Shown here piece by piece: positions 33,091-42,726 of a DNA stretch of 50,984 bases. Within the stretch, counting starts at the first letter, position 1; each line of letters opens with the position of its first letter. A program made the translations under genes and the position numbers. This DNA is from Schumannella sp. Its GTDB lineage: Bacteria; Actinomycetota; Actinomycetes; Actinomycetales; Microbacteriaceae. Location: contig JAODAS010000029.1 in assembly GCA_025463555.1 (NCBI GenBank), positions 1 to 50,984 on the forward strand. Reading direction: 5' to 3'. The notes below the pieces were generated by a model. That model did no database searches and had not been told where the DNA came from. It worked only from the letters and a program-made list of their open reading frames with translations.

Positions 33091-34652
33091 ACGAGGGGCC
33101 CCGCCTCCAGCTCCGCATTCTCCACGAATACGCGGCTCGTCAGAAGCTCGAAGGCGGCCTGGATCTCCGGGGACAAGAATCGGTCCGTGCCCGGTCCGTC
33201 TACTCGTTCTCGCAATGCCGCGATGACACGCCCGGTTGCCGGAGCTGGTTCGAGTGGGACGCGAAGATCAATACCGCGCGCCGCGGTCAGAATTTCGATT
33301 GCGAGTACCCGGGAAAGCCCATCAATGGCTCGTCTGAGTTTTCGCGCTGCATTCCATCCCATCGAGACGTGGTCTTCTTGCATGGCCGAAGAGGGGATCG
33401 AGTCGACGCTGGCGGGAATGGCGAGCCGCTTGAGCTCAGACACGATGCTTGCCTGCGTGTACTGCGCGATCATGTGCCCGCTATCGACACCGGGGTTGTC
33501 AGCGAGGAATGGGGGCAACCCGTGATTGCGGGCGACGTCGAGGAATCGGTCGGAGCGGCGTTCGCTGATGCTGGCCAGATCAGCGACGGCGATTGCGAGG
33601 AAGTCCAGCACGTAACCGACTGGAGCTCCGTGGAAGTTGCCGTTCGACTCGACCCGGTCGTCGATGGTGACCACTGGGTTATCGATCGTCGAGTGAAGTT
33701 CGCGGGTTGCAACGGTTCTGGCGTGAGCAATGGTGTCACGGACTGCGCCAGCGACCTGGGGTGCGCACCGCAGCGAATAGGCGTCTTGGACGCGCTTGTC
33801 TTCCGGGCCAGCGTGACTTGCGACGATGGGAGAGTCCTGGAGGAGGCGGGTGATGTTGGCGGCCGATGAGGCCTGTCCGAGCTGGGGACGCAGGGCCTGC
33901 AGGTCGGCTGCGAAGACGCGGTCGGTTCCCAGGAGTCCTTCGACGCTCATCGCGGCGGCAACGTCGGCCGCCTTCACGAGGTGGTCGAGGTCGTTCAGTG
34001 CAAGAACAAGCTGGCCAAGCATTCCATCGGTGCCGTTGATGAGGGCAAGGCCTTCCTTTTCAACCAACTCAACTGGCGCAATGCCATGCGTTTGGAGCGC
34101 TGTCGCGGCGTCGACTAGCGCGCCGCTGTTGTCGCGGACGTTGCCCTCACCGGTGAGGACGATGGCGACATGAGCCAAGGGGGCGAGATCTCCGGAGCAG
34201 CCGAGGCTGCCGTACTCGTGGACAACGGGAGTCAGACCCGCGTTGAGGAGTGCGGCGTAGGTCTCGGCCACCACTGGTCGCACACCTGTTCTTCCGGAAG
34301 CTAGAGTCGCGAGTCGAAGGAGCATCATCGCTCGAACGACCTCGCGCTCTACTTCTGGCCCGGTGCCGGCGGCGTGGGAACGAATCAGGCTGCGCTGCAG
34401 CTGCCCGCGCAGGTGCGGGGGAATGTGCTTCGTGGCTAACGCTCCGAATCCCGTGGACACTCCGTAAACCGGTCGGTCGGCGACTGCGAGGTTGTCGATG
34501 ACGAGGCGGGTTCGGCCGATAGCGGTGAGGGCTTCGTCGCTAATCACCACGCGAGCGTTATCGCGTGCAACGCGAACAATGTCGTCTTCGCTGACTCCGT
34601 GGGTTCCGACAAGCACGGCGTCGTGTGCGGTTGCGTCGGTGTGTGCGGTCAT
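33087..34652 (-). CDS. hutH: Histidine ammonia-lyase family enzyme (MIO-type lyase)
   Basis: Trimmed to 'MTAHTDATAHDAV'. 'YGVSTGFGALA', 'GSLGCSGDLAPLAH' (Cys-Ser-Gly where Ala-Ser-Gly is usual), 'QDAYSLRCAPQV'. Confidence 0.9.
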   Translation of the reverse strand: MTAHTDATAHDAVLVGTHGVSEDDIVRVARDNARVVISDEALTAIGRTRLVIDNLAVADRPVYGVSTGFGALATKHIPPHLRGQLQRSLIRSHAAGTGPEVEREVVRAMMLLRLATLASGRTGVRPVVAETYAALLNAGLTPVVHEYGSLGCSGDLAPLAHVAIVLTGEGNVRDNSGALVDAATALQTHGIAPVELVEKEGLALINGTDGMLGQLVLALNDLDHLVKAADVAAAMSVEGLLGTDRVFAADLQALRPQLGQASSAANITRLLQDSPIVASHAGPEDKRVQDAYSLRCAPQVAGAVRDTIAHARTVATRELHSTIDNPVVTIDDRVESNGNFHGAPVGYVLDFLAIAVADLASISERRSDRFLDVARNHGLPPFLADNPGVDSGHMIAQYTQASIVSELKRLAIPASVDSIPSSAMQEDHVSMGWNAARKLRRAIDGLSRVLAIEILTAARGIDLRVPLEPAPATGRVIAALRERVDGPGTDRFLSPEIQAAFELLTSRVFVENAELEAGPLV

Positions 34653-34740
34653 GGTGACGCCCTTCTTAAGCGGATCGGATTGGGTCCCTGAGAGTTCACA
34701 CCTCAGGCTTGCTCTGTGGGGCGGCCCCATGCTTCCATCT

Positions 34741-34756
34741 GTCTTGGATTTGAGAC
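34741..34756. promoter_or_regulatory. GTCT-N8-AGAC palindrome in the hutH/iclR divergent region
   Basis: GTCTTGGATTTGAGAC. A related GAGAC/GTCTC palindrome recurs at 35575-35601. Confidence 0.3.
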
Positions 34757-34769
34757 GCAAGGAGAACAA

Positions 34770-35570
34770 ATGAACGGTTCGAGTTCGGAGCGTCGCAAAC
34801 CAGTGGTGCCGGCAGTCGAGAACGCTCTGGAGATACTCACGTTTCTTGCAGGCCAGCGTGGGCCCGTTGCCGCCGCCAGCATCGGCCGTGCGCTGTCTCT
34901 GCCGCGATCTTCGACCTATCACATCCTTTCGGCGCTGGAGAGGCACGGGTACGTCTCGCACGTCGCGGCGGAGCGACGGTATGGGTTGGGTGTAGCCGCG
35001 TTTGAGCTAAGTTCTGGGTTTTCCCGCCAGCAACCATTGGCGCGCCTTGGCACACCGCTGTTGGCTGACCTCGTTGACCACATCGGGGAGAGCGCCCACT
35101 TGGGAGTGCTGCACGGTCGTGACGTTTTGTACATCGTGGAGATGCGTGCAAAGAATCGCCAAGCGCTCATCACCGATGTCGGCGTGCGCCTACCCAGCGA
35201 TATGACGGCAAGCGGTCGCGCAATGCTGTCGCTCCTGCCGCCCAACCAGTTACGGGCGCTTTTCCCCGGACCAGAGGCCTTCTCAACAACAAAGAATCCG
35301 GTGCAGGCGCCGTATGCAGCCCTGAAACGGATGCTCACGCAGGCTCGCCAAGACGGGTTCAGTAGGGAAGACCAGGACGTCTCGAGCGGTCTTGCGTCGA
35401 TCGCTCTACCTGTTACCGATCACCTCGGCTGGCCAGCGGCAGCCATCGCCGTCACCTTCCCGCGAGAACTGATTCTTGAGGTGGATTATCCCGAGCTCGC
35501 AGAAAAGATCAGGCCTTACGCGGAGGAACTCACGCGGCGAATCGGCGGCATCGTTCCGGGAAAGAGCTAA
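34770..35570 (+). CDS. IclR-family transcriptional regulator
   Basis: ATG is preceded by AAGGAG. N-terminal wHTH 'ALEILTFLAGQRGPVAAASIGRALSLPRSSTYHILSALERHGYV' plus an IclR effector domain. Confidence 0.85.
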   Translation: MNGSSSERRKPVVPAVENALEILTFLAGQRGPVAAASIGRALSLPRSSTYHILSALERHGYVSHVAAERRYGLGVAAFELSSGFSRQQPLARLGTPLLADLVDHIGESAHLGVLHGRDVLYIVEMRAKNRQALITDVGVRLPSDMTASGRAMLSLLPPNQLRALFPGPEAFSTTKNPVQAPYAALKRMLTQARQDGFSREDQDVSSGLASIALPVTDHLGWPAAAIAVTFPRELILEVDYPELAEKIRPYAEELTRRIGGIVPGKS

Positions 35571-35574
35571 GCCG

Positions 35575-35601
35575 GAGACTGTTTGTCTCAAATCTCAGAC
35601 A
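35575..35601. promoter_or_regulatory. Overlapping GAGAC/GTCTC palindromes between iclR and the ABC transporter genes
   Basis: GAGACTGTTTGTCTC and TGTCTCAAATCTCAGACA. Either a terminator or an IclR operator. Confidence 0.3.
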
Positions 35602-35739
35602 GCAACCATTACGAATCTATAGCTTTAGACTGGACCGAGTGTGATCCTCGGATGAAGCGAAAGCTGGGCCCCACAGCTATTCGTCTCGCACTGGAGCTTC
35701 CGGCGCGATCACATCCCGCATAGACACTGGAGTCACCCG

Positions 35740-36672
35740 ATGAAGAGCAATGTCAAAGTCGCCATCGCCGTCCCCCTGATCGGTCTCGCAGCCCTGGCCT
35801 TCACCGGCTGCAGCGCAGCCGATGAAGCTGCCAAACCGTCACCATCGGAGACCAAGTCGGTCACCGTGCCGACGGCCAAGCTCGATTCCGAAGCGCAGGC
35901 TCTGCTTCCTGCCGATATCAAGTCGGCGGGAACTATCACTGCCGTCACCAACGCCGGCTACCCGCCCTACGAGATGTTCGCGTCCGACAACAAGACCATC
36001 ATCGGCCGCGACATCGATTTCGGGAAGGCCCTTGGAGAAGCCCTGGGCATTGACGTCAAGTTTGAAAACGTCTCCTTCGACGCGATCATCCCCGGCATCG
36101 ACTCCGGACGGTACCAGGTAGCCATCTCGGGTCTGACTGTGACCCCGGAGAGGCTGCAGGCCGCCGACTTTGTCACTTACAGCGAGAGCGGCAGCAACCT
36201 CGCGGTGGCGCCCGGGAATCCAATTCACCTCAAGGCCAGCGACGCCAAGACGCTCTGCGGAAAGACAATTGGCGTCACCAAGGGCTCCTCGGACGCTCTC
36301 GTGAACCTGCCGAAGCTGAACAAGGAGTGCCTGGACGCCGGCAAGAAGGCCATCGAGGCGAAGGAATTCCCCGATGAGGGTTCGCGCCTCGCGCTATCGT
36401 CCGGACGTGTCGACGGGATCCTCGACGACGCGCTGAGTCTGGCGTACTCAGCTAAGAAGTCGAACGGCCAGTACGAGCTTGCGGCCGGCCCGGACATCGC
36501 CCCGGCCGCCTCGGGCATCGCCTTGGTGAAAAACTCGCCGCTGACGCCGGCGATCTCTGCGGCGGTCAAGAACCTGGTCACCAACCAGAAGGACGTCTAT
36601 GAGGCGATCAACGAGAAGTGGGGCATTCCTGCCGACCACATTCTCAGCGCCGACCAGGTGGACAACAAGTAG
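35740..36672 (+). CDS. Amino-acid ABC transporter substrate-binding lipoprotein (family 3)
   Basis: Lipobox 'LAFTGCSA'. 'YPPYEMF', 'GRDIDFGKALGEALG', 'YQVAISGLTVTPER'. Confidence 0.85.
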   Translation: MKSNVKVAIAVPLIGLAALAFTGCSAADEAAKPSPSETKSVTVPTAKLDSEAQALLPADIKSAGTITAVTNAGYPPYEMFASDNKTIIGRDIDFGKALGEALGIDVKFENVSFDAIIPGIDSGRYQVAISGLTVTPERLQAADFVTYSESGSNLAVAPGNPIHLKASDAKTLCGKTIGVTKGSSDALVNLPKLNKECLDAGKKAIEAKEFPDEGSRLALSSGRVDGILDDALSLAYSAKKSNGQYELAAGPDIAPAASGIALVKNSPLTPAISAAVKNLVTNQKDVYEAINEKWGIPADHILSADQVDNK

Positions 36673-36699
36673 AGCAACAAACCCCAGACAGGAACGACA

Positions 36700-37632
36700 A
36701 TGACGACGGCGCCACTGGAGCCACCAGCTCCCGACCAATTCACCATCATCCGGAAGAAGCACCTCTGGAGGTGGGTGGCCGCAATAGTTGTGCTGGCTCT
36801 AGTGGCGGCGCTCGTCTACTCCATTGCTACCAATCCTCGCTTCGGTTGGCCCGTTGTCGCGCAGTACTTCTTCTCGCCGACTGTGATCACCGGTATTGGC
36901 ATCACGCTCTTCCTCACTGTCGTCAGCATGATCATTGGCGTACTGCTGGGCCTGTTGCTCGCGGTAATGCGCTTGTCGCACAACCCGGTCGTCAGCCAGG
37001 TAGCGCACGCCTATGTTGCCCTCTTCAGAGGAACCCCGGTCCTGGTCCAGCTGCTGATCTGGTTCAACCTCGCGGCTCTGTACCCGGTGATCAGCTTCGG
37101 AATCCCCGGGGTGGCCCTCAACGCTAACCAGCTGATCACACCCTTGCTCGCGGGCATCCTCGGCCTTGGTCTCAACGAGGCCGCTTACATGTCCGAAATC
37201 ATCCGTGCTGGCATCATCTCAGTGGCCACCGGTCAGCACGAAGCGGCTTCAGCCTTGGGGCTGAACCGTCGACAGGCGATGGCAAAAGTCATCCTCCCGC
37301 AAGCAATGCGCGTCATCATTCCGCCGACGGGCAACGAGTTCATTGGAATGCTCAAGTCCACATCCTTGGTCTCGGTGCTCTCCGTCGCGGACCTCCTTTA
37401 CTCGGCTCAGATCATCTACTCGCAGAACCTTCAGGTCATCCCGCTGCTGATGGTGGCGAGCGTCTGGTACATCATTCTGACCACGATTTTCAACTTCGGG
37501 CAGGGATATGTAGAGCGCTACTACGGCCGGGGAAGCGGACCGGCAGGGCAGACGACGACCTGGTCCCGCATCCGGAAGATCTTCCAGACTCACGCTCCCG
37601 AAGCCCTCACCCCCCTGAAGGAAACCCGCTAA
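36700..37632 (+). CDS. Amino-acid ABC transporter permease
   Basis: Polytopic membrane protein. EAA-loop '[30 protein letters not shown]'. Confidence 0.85.
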   Translation: MTTAPLEPPAPDQFTIIRKKHLWRWVAAIVVLALVAALVYSIATNPRFGWPVVAQYFFSPTVITGIGITLFLTVVSMIIGVLLGLLLAVMRLSHNPVVSQVAHAYVALFRGTPVLVQLLIWFNLAALYPVISFGIPGVALNANQLITPLLAGILGLGLNEAAYMSEIIRAGIISVATGQHEAASALGLNRRQAMAKVILPQAMRVIIPPTGNEFIGMLKSTSLVSVLSVADLLYSAQIIYSQNLQVIPLLMVASVWYIILTTIFNFGQGYVERYYGRGSGPAGQTTTWSRIRKIFQTHAPEALTPLKETR

Positions 37633-38405
37633 TGAACGACGAACGCCGCACCCTCGTACAGGCGGTTGACGTGCACAAGAGCTTCGGCGCGAACGAGGTG
37701 CTCAAAGGCGTCAATCTCGATGTTCATGAGGGGGAAGTGGTCTGTCTCATCGGCGCATCCGGATCAGGCAAGAGCACCTTCCTCCGCTGCATCAATCAGC
37801 TCGAAACCATCGACTCCGGACTGATCTGGGTTGAGGGACAACCAGTGGGCTTCCGCCGCGACGGCATGGTGCTCCACCAGAAAAGCGAAGCCGAGACCAG
37901 CAGGGATCGCGCAAAGGTCGGCATGGTCTTTCAAAGCTTCAACCTCTTCCCTCACATGACCGTCATGGAGAACCTCATGCAGGCTCCCCGGCTCGTGAAG
38001 AAGATGCGCCGTTCCCAGACCGAGCCGCTCGCCCGTGAACTCTTAGAAAAGGTGGGCCTATCCGAGAAAGCGGACGCGTACCCGCGGCATCTGTCCGGCG
38101 GCCAGCAACAACGGGTGGCCATTGCGCGTGCCCTCTGTATGCAGCCCGATCTGATGCTGTTCGATGAGCCGACTTCCGCACTCGACCCGGAGCTCGTCGG
38201 AGGCGTCCTGAATGTCATGCGAGACCTGGCCCACTCCGGGATGACAATGATCGTCGTCACTCACGAAATGGGCTTCGCCCGCGACGTCGCCGACCGAGTC
38301 GTCTTCATGCACGACGGGCAGATCATCGAGAACGGTCCCGCGCGCGAGGTCATCGGCAACCCCAGCCACGAGCGGACCAAGGCGTTCCTCGCCTCCGTCC
38401 GCTAG
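37632..38405 (+). CDS. Amino-acid ABC transporter ATP-binding protein
   Basis: Walker A 'GASGSGKST', signature '[15 protein letters not shown]', Walker B '[12 protein letters not shown]'. Confidence 0.95.
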   Translation: MNDERRTLVQAVDVHKSFGANEVLKGVNLDVHEGEVVCLIGASGSGKSTFLRCINQLETIDSGLIWVEGQPVGFRRDGMVLHQKSEAETSRDRAKVGMVFQSFNLFPHMTVMENLMQAPRLVKKMRRSQTEPLARELLEKVGLSEKADAYPRHLSGGQQQRVAIARALCMQPDLMLFDEPTSALDPELVGGVLNVMRDLAHSGMTMIVVTHEMGFARDVADRVVFMHDGQIIENGPAREVIGNPSHERTKAFLASVR

Positions 38406-38437
38406 GCGCAGCGCATCACAGCGACAAAGGAGCAGCG

Positions 38438-39403
38438 GTGACGGATAGTCGAACGCAACGAACATTGACGCTTGGGTCTATCAACCAGGACATTCGTGTC
38501 CACGTATCGGAGTTTCCACAGCCTGGAGAAACCGTCCTCGCCACAAGCGGTGGAACGGCTCTGGGCGGAAAAGGCGCCAACCAGGCAGCCTCGGCCACGT
38601 TGCTTGGGGCAGACGTGGTCATGATCGGCGCCGTCGGAAAGGACGGCGCCGGTCGCGACGCCACGCAACAGCTGAATCGACTCGGCATTTCAACCAATCA
38701 CATCAGCCAGATCGAGGGGTCTACCGGGCTTGCATTGATAACTGTAGATGCGACCGGCGAAAACACGATCGCTGTGCTGCCCGGTGCAAACCAGCGGATC
38801 TCAGCAGGTGATGTTGAGCGTCACCTCGACGAGCTACTGGCGGCAGAGGACGAAACCTTCTCCATCGCGTGGAGCCAAGGAGAAGTACCTCCTGAGGCAA
38901 TCCTCGCCTTCGCCGATCGCTGCCGAATCCACAACATTCGATTCGTACTCAACCTTGCGCCATTCGTGGTCGTGCCGCCGGAAGCGCTCGAGGCGGCGGA
39001 TCCAGTGATCCTTAACGAGACCGAAGCGCGCGCGCTGTTGGCGCACGTGGGCTTGGACACCAAGATTGATGACGAACAATCAGCCGCAAATGCCGCGCAC
39101 GTAATCGCTACACGCATCGCCCGCTCCGCGATCATCACCCGAGGTTCATTGGGCGCAACCATCTCAGACGGCACAAGAACATGGCACGAGCCCATCGCGT
39201 CCAAACCTCCGGTCATCGACACCTCGGGCGCCGGCGACGCCTTTGTAGGAGCAGTCGTGGCGAGCCTTGCAGCTGGCGCCGACCTTGCCTCAGCGTGTAA
39301 GGACGGTGTCCACGCCGGCACCTACGCCGTTGCGCGATCAGGAACCATCGCCTCCTATCCGACATCACGGGAAGCCCTAACGGCGGCGGTTCAAGGCGCA
39401 TGA
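38438..39403 (+). CDS. Ribokinase / PfkB-family sugar kinase
   Basis: 'GGKGANQA' and 'DTSGAGDAFVGA' signatures. GTG start. Confidence 0.85.
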   Translation: MTDSRTQRTLTLGSINQDIRVHVSEFPQPGETVLATSGGTALGGKGANQAASATLLGADVVMIGAVGKDGAGRDATQQLNRLGISTNHISQIEGSTGLALITVDATGENTIAVLPGANQRISAGDVERHLDELLAAEDETFSIAWSQGEVPPEAILAFADRCRIHNIRFVLNLAPFVVVPPEALEAADPVILNETEARALLAHVGLDTKIDDEQSAANAAHVIATRIARSAIITRGSLGATISDGTRTWHEPIASKPPVIDTSGAGDAFVGAVVASLAAGADLASACKDGVHAGTYAVARSGTIASYPTSREALTAAVQGA

Positions 39404-40749
39404 TCGATTCCCTCCGTCGCGCACTTCCCTGTGGCGCTGTCCTCGACTCCAAAGAGGATGTTGCGCACTACCTGCACGACAGAGCCCCCGCGGCCACGGT
39501 CGGCGCCGCCGCCGCCGTAGCCCTTCCGACCAGCACCGCTGAGGCGGCGGCGGTGCTTCAGCTCGCATACGCCACAAAGACACCGGTAGTCACGCGCGGG
39601 CTGGGCACAGGCGAGGCTGGGGGAGCGTCTGCAGTCGACGGCGCGATCATTCTTTCCACTGAACGCATGACGCAGATCCTCCGCGTTGACGCCGCCAACC
39701 GAACTGCGGACGTGCAAGCCGGCGTGACCGCCTACCAGCTAGACAAAGCAGCCCGTGCCGCCTCGCTGCGGTTCGCGCCCGAACCTGGCAGCTGGCGCAT
39801 TTCGACTCTTGGCGGAAACATCGCCACGAACGCTGGTGGCTTCCGCTGCAACAAATATGGCCCCACCGGAGAAGCTGTCCGGGATCTCACCATCGTTACC
39901 GGACGAGGAGAGGTGCTGCGAACAGGCTCCAGGACTCACAAGAGTGTCGCAGGCTTGAACCTTACCCAACTGTTTGTCGGCTCCGAAGGCATCCTGGGGG
40001 TCATCACCGAAGCCACCCTTCGTTTGGAGGTGAAACCCCAAGACCCCCCCGCAACGGCCTTAGCGCACTTCGAGACGTTCACCGCGGCCATTCGAGCTGG
40101 AGTTGAGATCAGCCGGAGCTCGCTGGACCCAGCGCTCGTGGAGGCGATGGACGCGCGCACCCTTAAGTCCATCGACGCTTGGAAAGGTACAGACTTCACC
40201 GACCATGGGGGCGGCCTGCTAATCGTCCAACTTGACCGAGAGGTGCAACTCAATGGTGAGCGGCTGGGAGAGGCTCTCGAGGACGCCGGAGCCACTGGAG
40301 TCATCGTGCAGCATGGACGCGAGTGGGCGGATCACGTATTGGGCATTCGCCGCCTCGCTTTGCCGGCAGCAGAGCGAGCCGGCAAGGTCTTGGTCGAAGA
40401 TGTCGCTGTCCCACCGGATCGCCTCGCGGAGCTTGTCGACTATGTTCAGGCCATAAGCCTTGACTACGGTGTCCCGATATTCAATGTGGCCCACGTAGCG
40501 GACGGGAATCTCCATCCGACGCTTATCTATTCCGGAAAGCGCCCGCCCAAACGGGTCACCGACGCCGCTGCAGAGATACTCAAGCTGGCACTGTCGATGG
40601 ACGGAACTATCACCGGCGAGCACGGAGTAGGGACCGTAAAGAGAGCCGCACTTGCCGACGAGCTGAGTGCCCTATCTATCGCCCTGCAGCAGCAGATCAA
40701 AGCTGTCTTCGACCCGGCCGGCATCCTCAACCCGGGAAAGGTGCTCTGA
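39400..40749 (+). CDS. FAD-linked oxidase (GlcD-like)
   Basis: FAD-binding PCMH-type N-terminal part ('VVTRGLGTGEAGGA', 'GGNIATNAGG'). C-terminal 'GTITGEHGVG'. ATGA overlap with the kinase gene. Confidence 0.8.
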   Translation: MIDSLRRALPCGAVLDSKEDVAHYLHDRAPAATVGAAAAVALPTSTAEAAAVLQLAYATKTPVVTRGLGTGEAGGASAVDGAIILSTERMTQILRVDAANRTADVQAGVTAYQLDKAARAASLRFAPEPGSWRISTLGGNIATNAGGFRCNKYGPTGEAVRDLTIVTGRGEVLRTGSRTHKSVAGLNLTQLFVGSEGILGVITEATLRLEVKPQDPPATALAHFETFTAAIRAGVEISRSSLDPALVEAMDARTLKSIDAWKGTDFTDHGGGLLIVQLDREVQLNGERLGEALEDAGATGVIVQHGREWADHVLGIRRLALPAAERAGKVLVEDVAVPPDRLAELVDYVQAISLDYGVPIFNVAHVADGNLHPTLIYSGKRPPKRVTDAAAEILKLALSMDGTITGEHGVGTVKRAALADELSALSIALQQQIKAVFDPAGILNPGKVL

Positions 40750-40813
40750 CCGGTGTACGCCATACCCACCGCCGTCCGAATCGAGAAAGTGAAGCGATCG
40801 CCTTCATCTGGAC

Positions 40814-41842
40814 ATGGGAGCAACGTTTAGGGTGACCATCGTGAGGAGAGCCAACCAGAGAGACGTCGCGCGCATGGCCGGCGTGAGCACCGCCGTTGTC
40901 AGCTACGTCCTCAACGGAGGCCCTCGCCCAGTCGCAGCGGCAACGCGCGAGCGCGTCCTAGCTGCGATGAACCAGCTCGGATACCGCCCAAACGAGAATG
41001 CGCGCGCGATGAAGTTCGCTCGTACTAACGTGATCGGCCTTCTCATCCGCGACATCACAAATCCCTACTTCTCCGAGCTTGCGCAGAAGGTGCAAAAGCG
41101 CGCACACCAGGCCGGATATGGGCTCATGATCGGCAACGCTGGAAGCGACGGCGTGGAGGCCACCGCAGAGTTCAAGAACATGCTGGCTCGAGAAGTAGAC
41201 GGAATTGCGGTCTACGGCATCCGAGATCCAGAGACGCTTTCGGCAATCTCGAAATCGGGTATCCGGCTCGTTTCCCTTGATTGGCACTTGGACAACATGG
41301 GCGTTCCATTCGTAGGCATCGACGATTTCGGCGCCGCATGTGAGGCCATCGCGCATTTGCGTGGCCACGGCTATGAGGAGATTGGCCTCATCGCAGGCGA
41401 TCACCCGGACCCACGCCTCGCAGCGTGGGAGCGGCACGTCGCTAGTGGTCTGAAGCCCGCGCGTGCATTGGAGCTCAAGGTCGCAAGCGACTTCTCTCTG
41501 GAAGCCGGCTATCAAGCCGCTTGCCGGCTGTTATCGCTGCCTAAGCCGCCCTCCGCCATCTTGGCTTCCTCAGACGTTCAAGCGTTCGGCGCCATTCGCG
41601 CAGCCCAGCACCTCGGCAAGAGAATCCCCGATGACGTTGCCGTCGTTTCAATCGACGGAACGGACGCATCCGCGTACACGTACCCGTCGCTCACAACGAT
41701 TCAGCTTCCCTTCAAAGAGATCGCTGATTTCGTCGTTGATCAGCTGACAACTGTCGACGCACCTCAGGGCCAGCGCACCTTCTCGCACACTCTGGTGCGC
41801 CGAGAAAGCTGCGGATGCCTCCCACTCAAGCTTTCAAGGTGA
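40814..41842 (+). CDS. LacI-family transcriptional regulator
   Basis: 'NQRDVARMAGVSTAVVSYVLNGGPRPVAAATRERVLAAMNQLGYRPNENARAM' plus a periplasmic-binding-fold domain. The true start may be a few codons downstream. Confidence 0.85.
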   Translation: MGATFRVTIVRRANQRDVARMAGVSTAVVSYVLNGGPRPVAAATRERVLAAMNQLGYRPNENARAMKFARTNVIGLLIRDITNPYFSELAQKVQKRAHQAGYGLMIGNAGSDGVEATAEFKNMLAREVDGIAVYGIRDPETLSAISKSGIRLVSLDWHLDNMGVPFVGIDDFGAACEAIAHLRGHGYEEIGLIAGDHPDPRLAAWERHVASGLKPARALELKVASDFSLEAGYQAACRLLSLPKPPSAILASSDVQAFGAIRAAQHLGKRIPDDVAVVSIDGTDASAYTYPSLTTIQLPFKEIADFVVDQLTTVDAPQGQRTFSHTLVRRESCGCLPLKLSR

Positions 41843-41869
41843 CGTCCGAACGCCAAGGTAGGAAAGCCG

Positions 41870-42493
41870 ATGGAATTACTCAACCGGAGTGCCCGGAGCC
41901 CTCGGCCATGGAAGAACGGCCTCGGATTCACCGAGGACGTGCTCGTTTCCGAGACGCCCGGAGCCGGCGATGATCCACTATGGCGAATCAGCATTGCCAC
42001 GATTGACGCCGACGTGCCGTTCTCCCGCTTCGACGGAATCGAGCGACTACTCATGCCGATCAGTCCGTCCGAGCTATCCCTCAATATCGACGGAAGACAG
42101 ACATCAATTCCGCAGTTTGGGGTTGTGAGCTTCCCAGGCGAGGCATTCGTTCTAGCCACCGGGGTAGTCAACCAGAAGGCCGATCTAAACGTAATGGTGC
42201 GGCGCGGGCATGCAATCGCTGAGATGTCACGCCGGTACATGGTCGGCACCAGTACAGTCCCTGCCCAGCTGCGGCCCGGTGAAATAGCCATTGCCGTGAT
42301 CCTGAGCCGCACGTTGCTATACAACGGAAAGCTGTTAGAACTTGGCGATGCGCTCGTTCTCGACGCGACGCCTTCGGCCTATCTGGGAGGCTTCGGAAAC
42401 CTAGCCATCGTTCGAATCAGGTCACTGACTGGAGAGGATCGGGGCGCCGATGATCGCACGCGGTCATCGGTTGCAGGTGGCAGCGCTTCGTGA
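41870..42493 (+). CDS. hutD: HutD/Ves-family protein
   Basis: 'PWKNGLGFTEDV', 'WRISIATIDADVPFSRFDGIERLLMPI'. The C-terminal ~15 aa look like run-on. Confidence 0.7.
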   Translation: MELLNRSARSPRPWKNGLGFTEDVLVSETPGAGDDPLWRISIATIDADVPFSRFDGIERLLMPISPSELSLNIDGRQTSIPQFGVVSFPGEAFVLATGVVNQKADLNVMVRRGHAIAEMSRRYMVGTSTVPAQLRPGEIAIAVILSRTLLYNGKLLELGDALVLDATPSAYLGGFGNLAIVRIRSLTGEDRGADDRTRSSVAGGSAS

Positions 42494-42689
42494 ATCGCTT
42501 CCGAAGAGCCTGGGCTATAGCCCTGTGTTGAACCTGGCCGACGCACGCACCCTAGTGACGAGACTCTCCGATCGCGAAGTACTGCGTAGCGCAGACGACC
42601 TCCAGGCGATCGCCCCAAACAGCGATCCCGCCGCGGCAATGCAGACCCTGCAAGCACTGGTTGCAAGGCCCGAAGCCGAAGCTTCGTGA
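42450..42689 (+). CDS. Possible small protein (79 aa), uncertain
   Basis: ATG is preceded by GAGAGGA. The sequence is protein-like and not Arg/Pro-rich. However, it overlaps the hutD 3' end by 44 nt and has no recognisable motif. Confidence 0.3.
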   Translation: MIARGHRLQVAALRESLPKSLGYSPVLNLADARTLVTRLSDREVLRSADDLQAIAPNSDPAAAMQTLQALVARPEAEAS

Positions 42690-42726
42690 TCTCACATGGG
42701 AGGGGAAACTGACATAACGACGGTTA

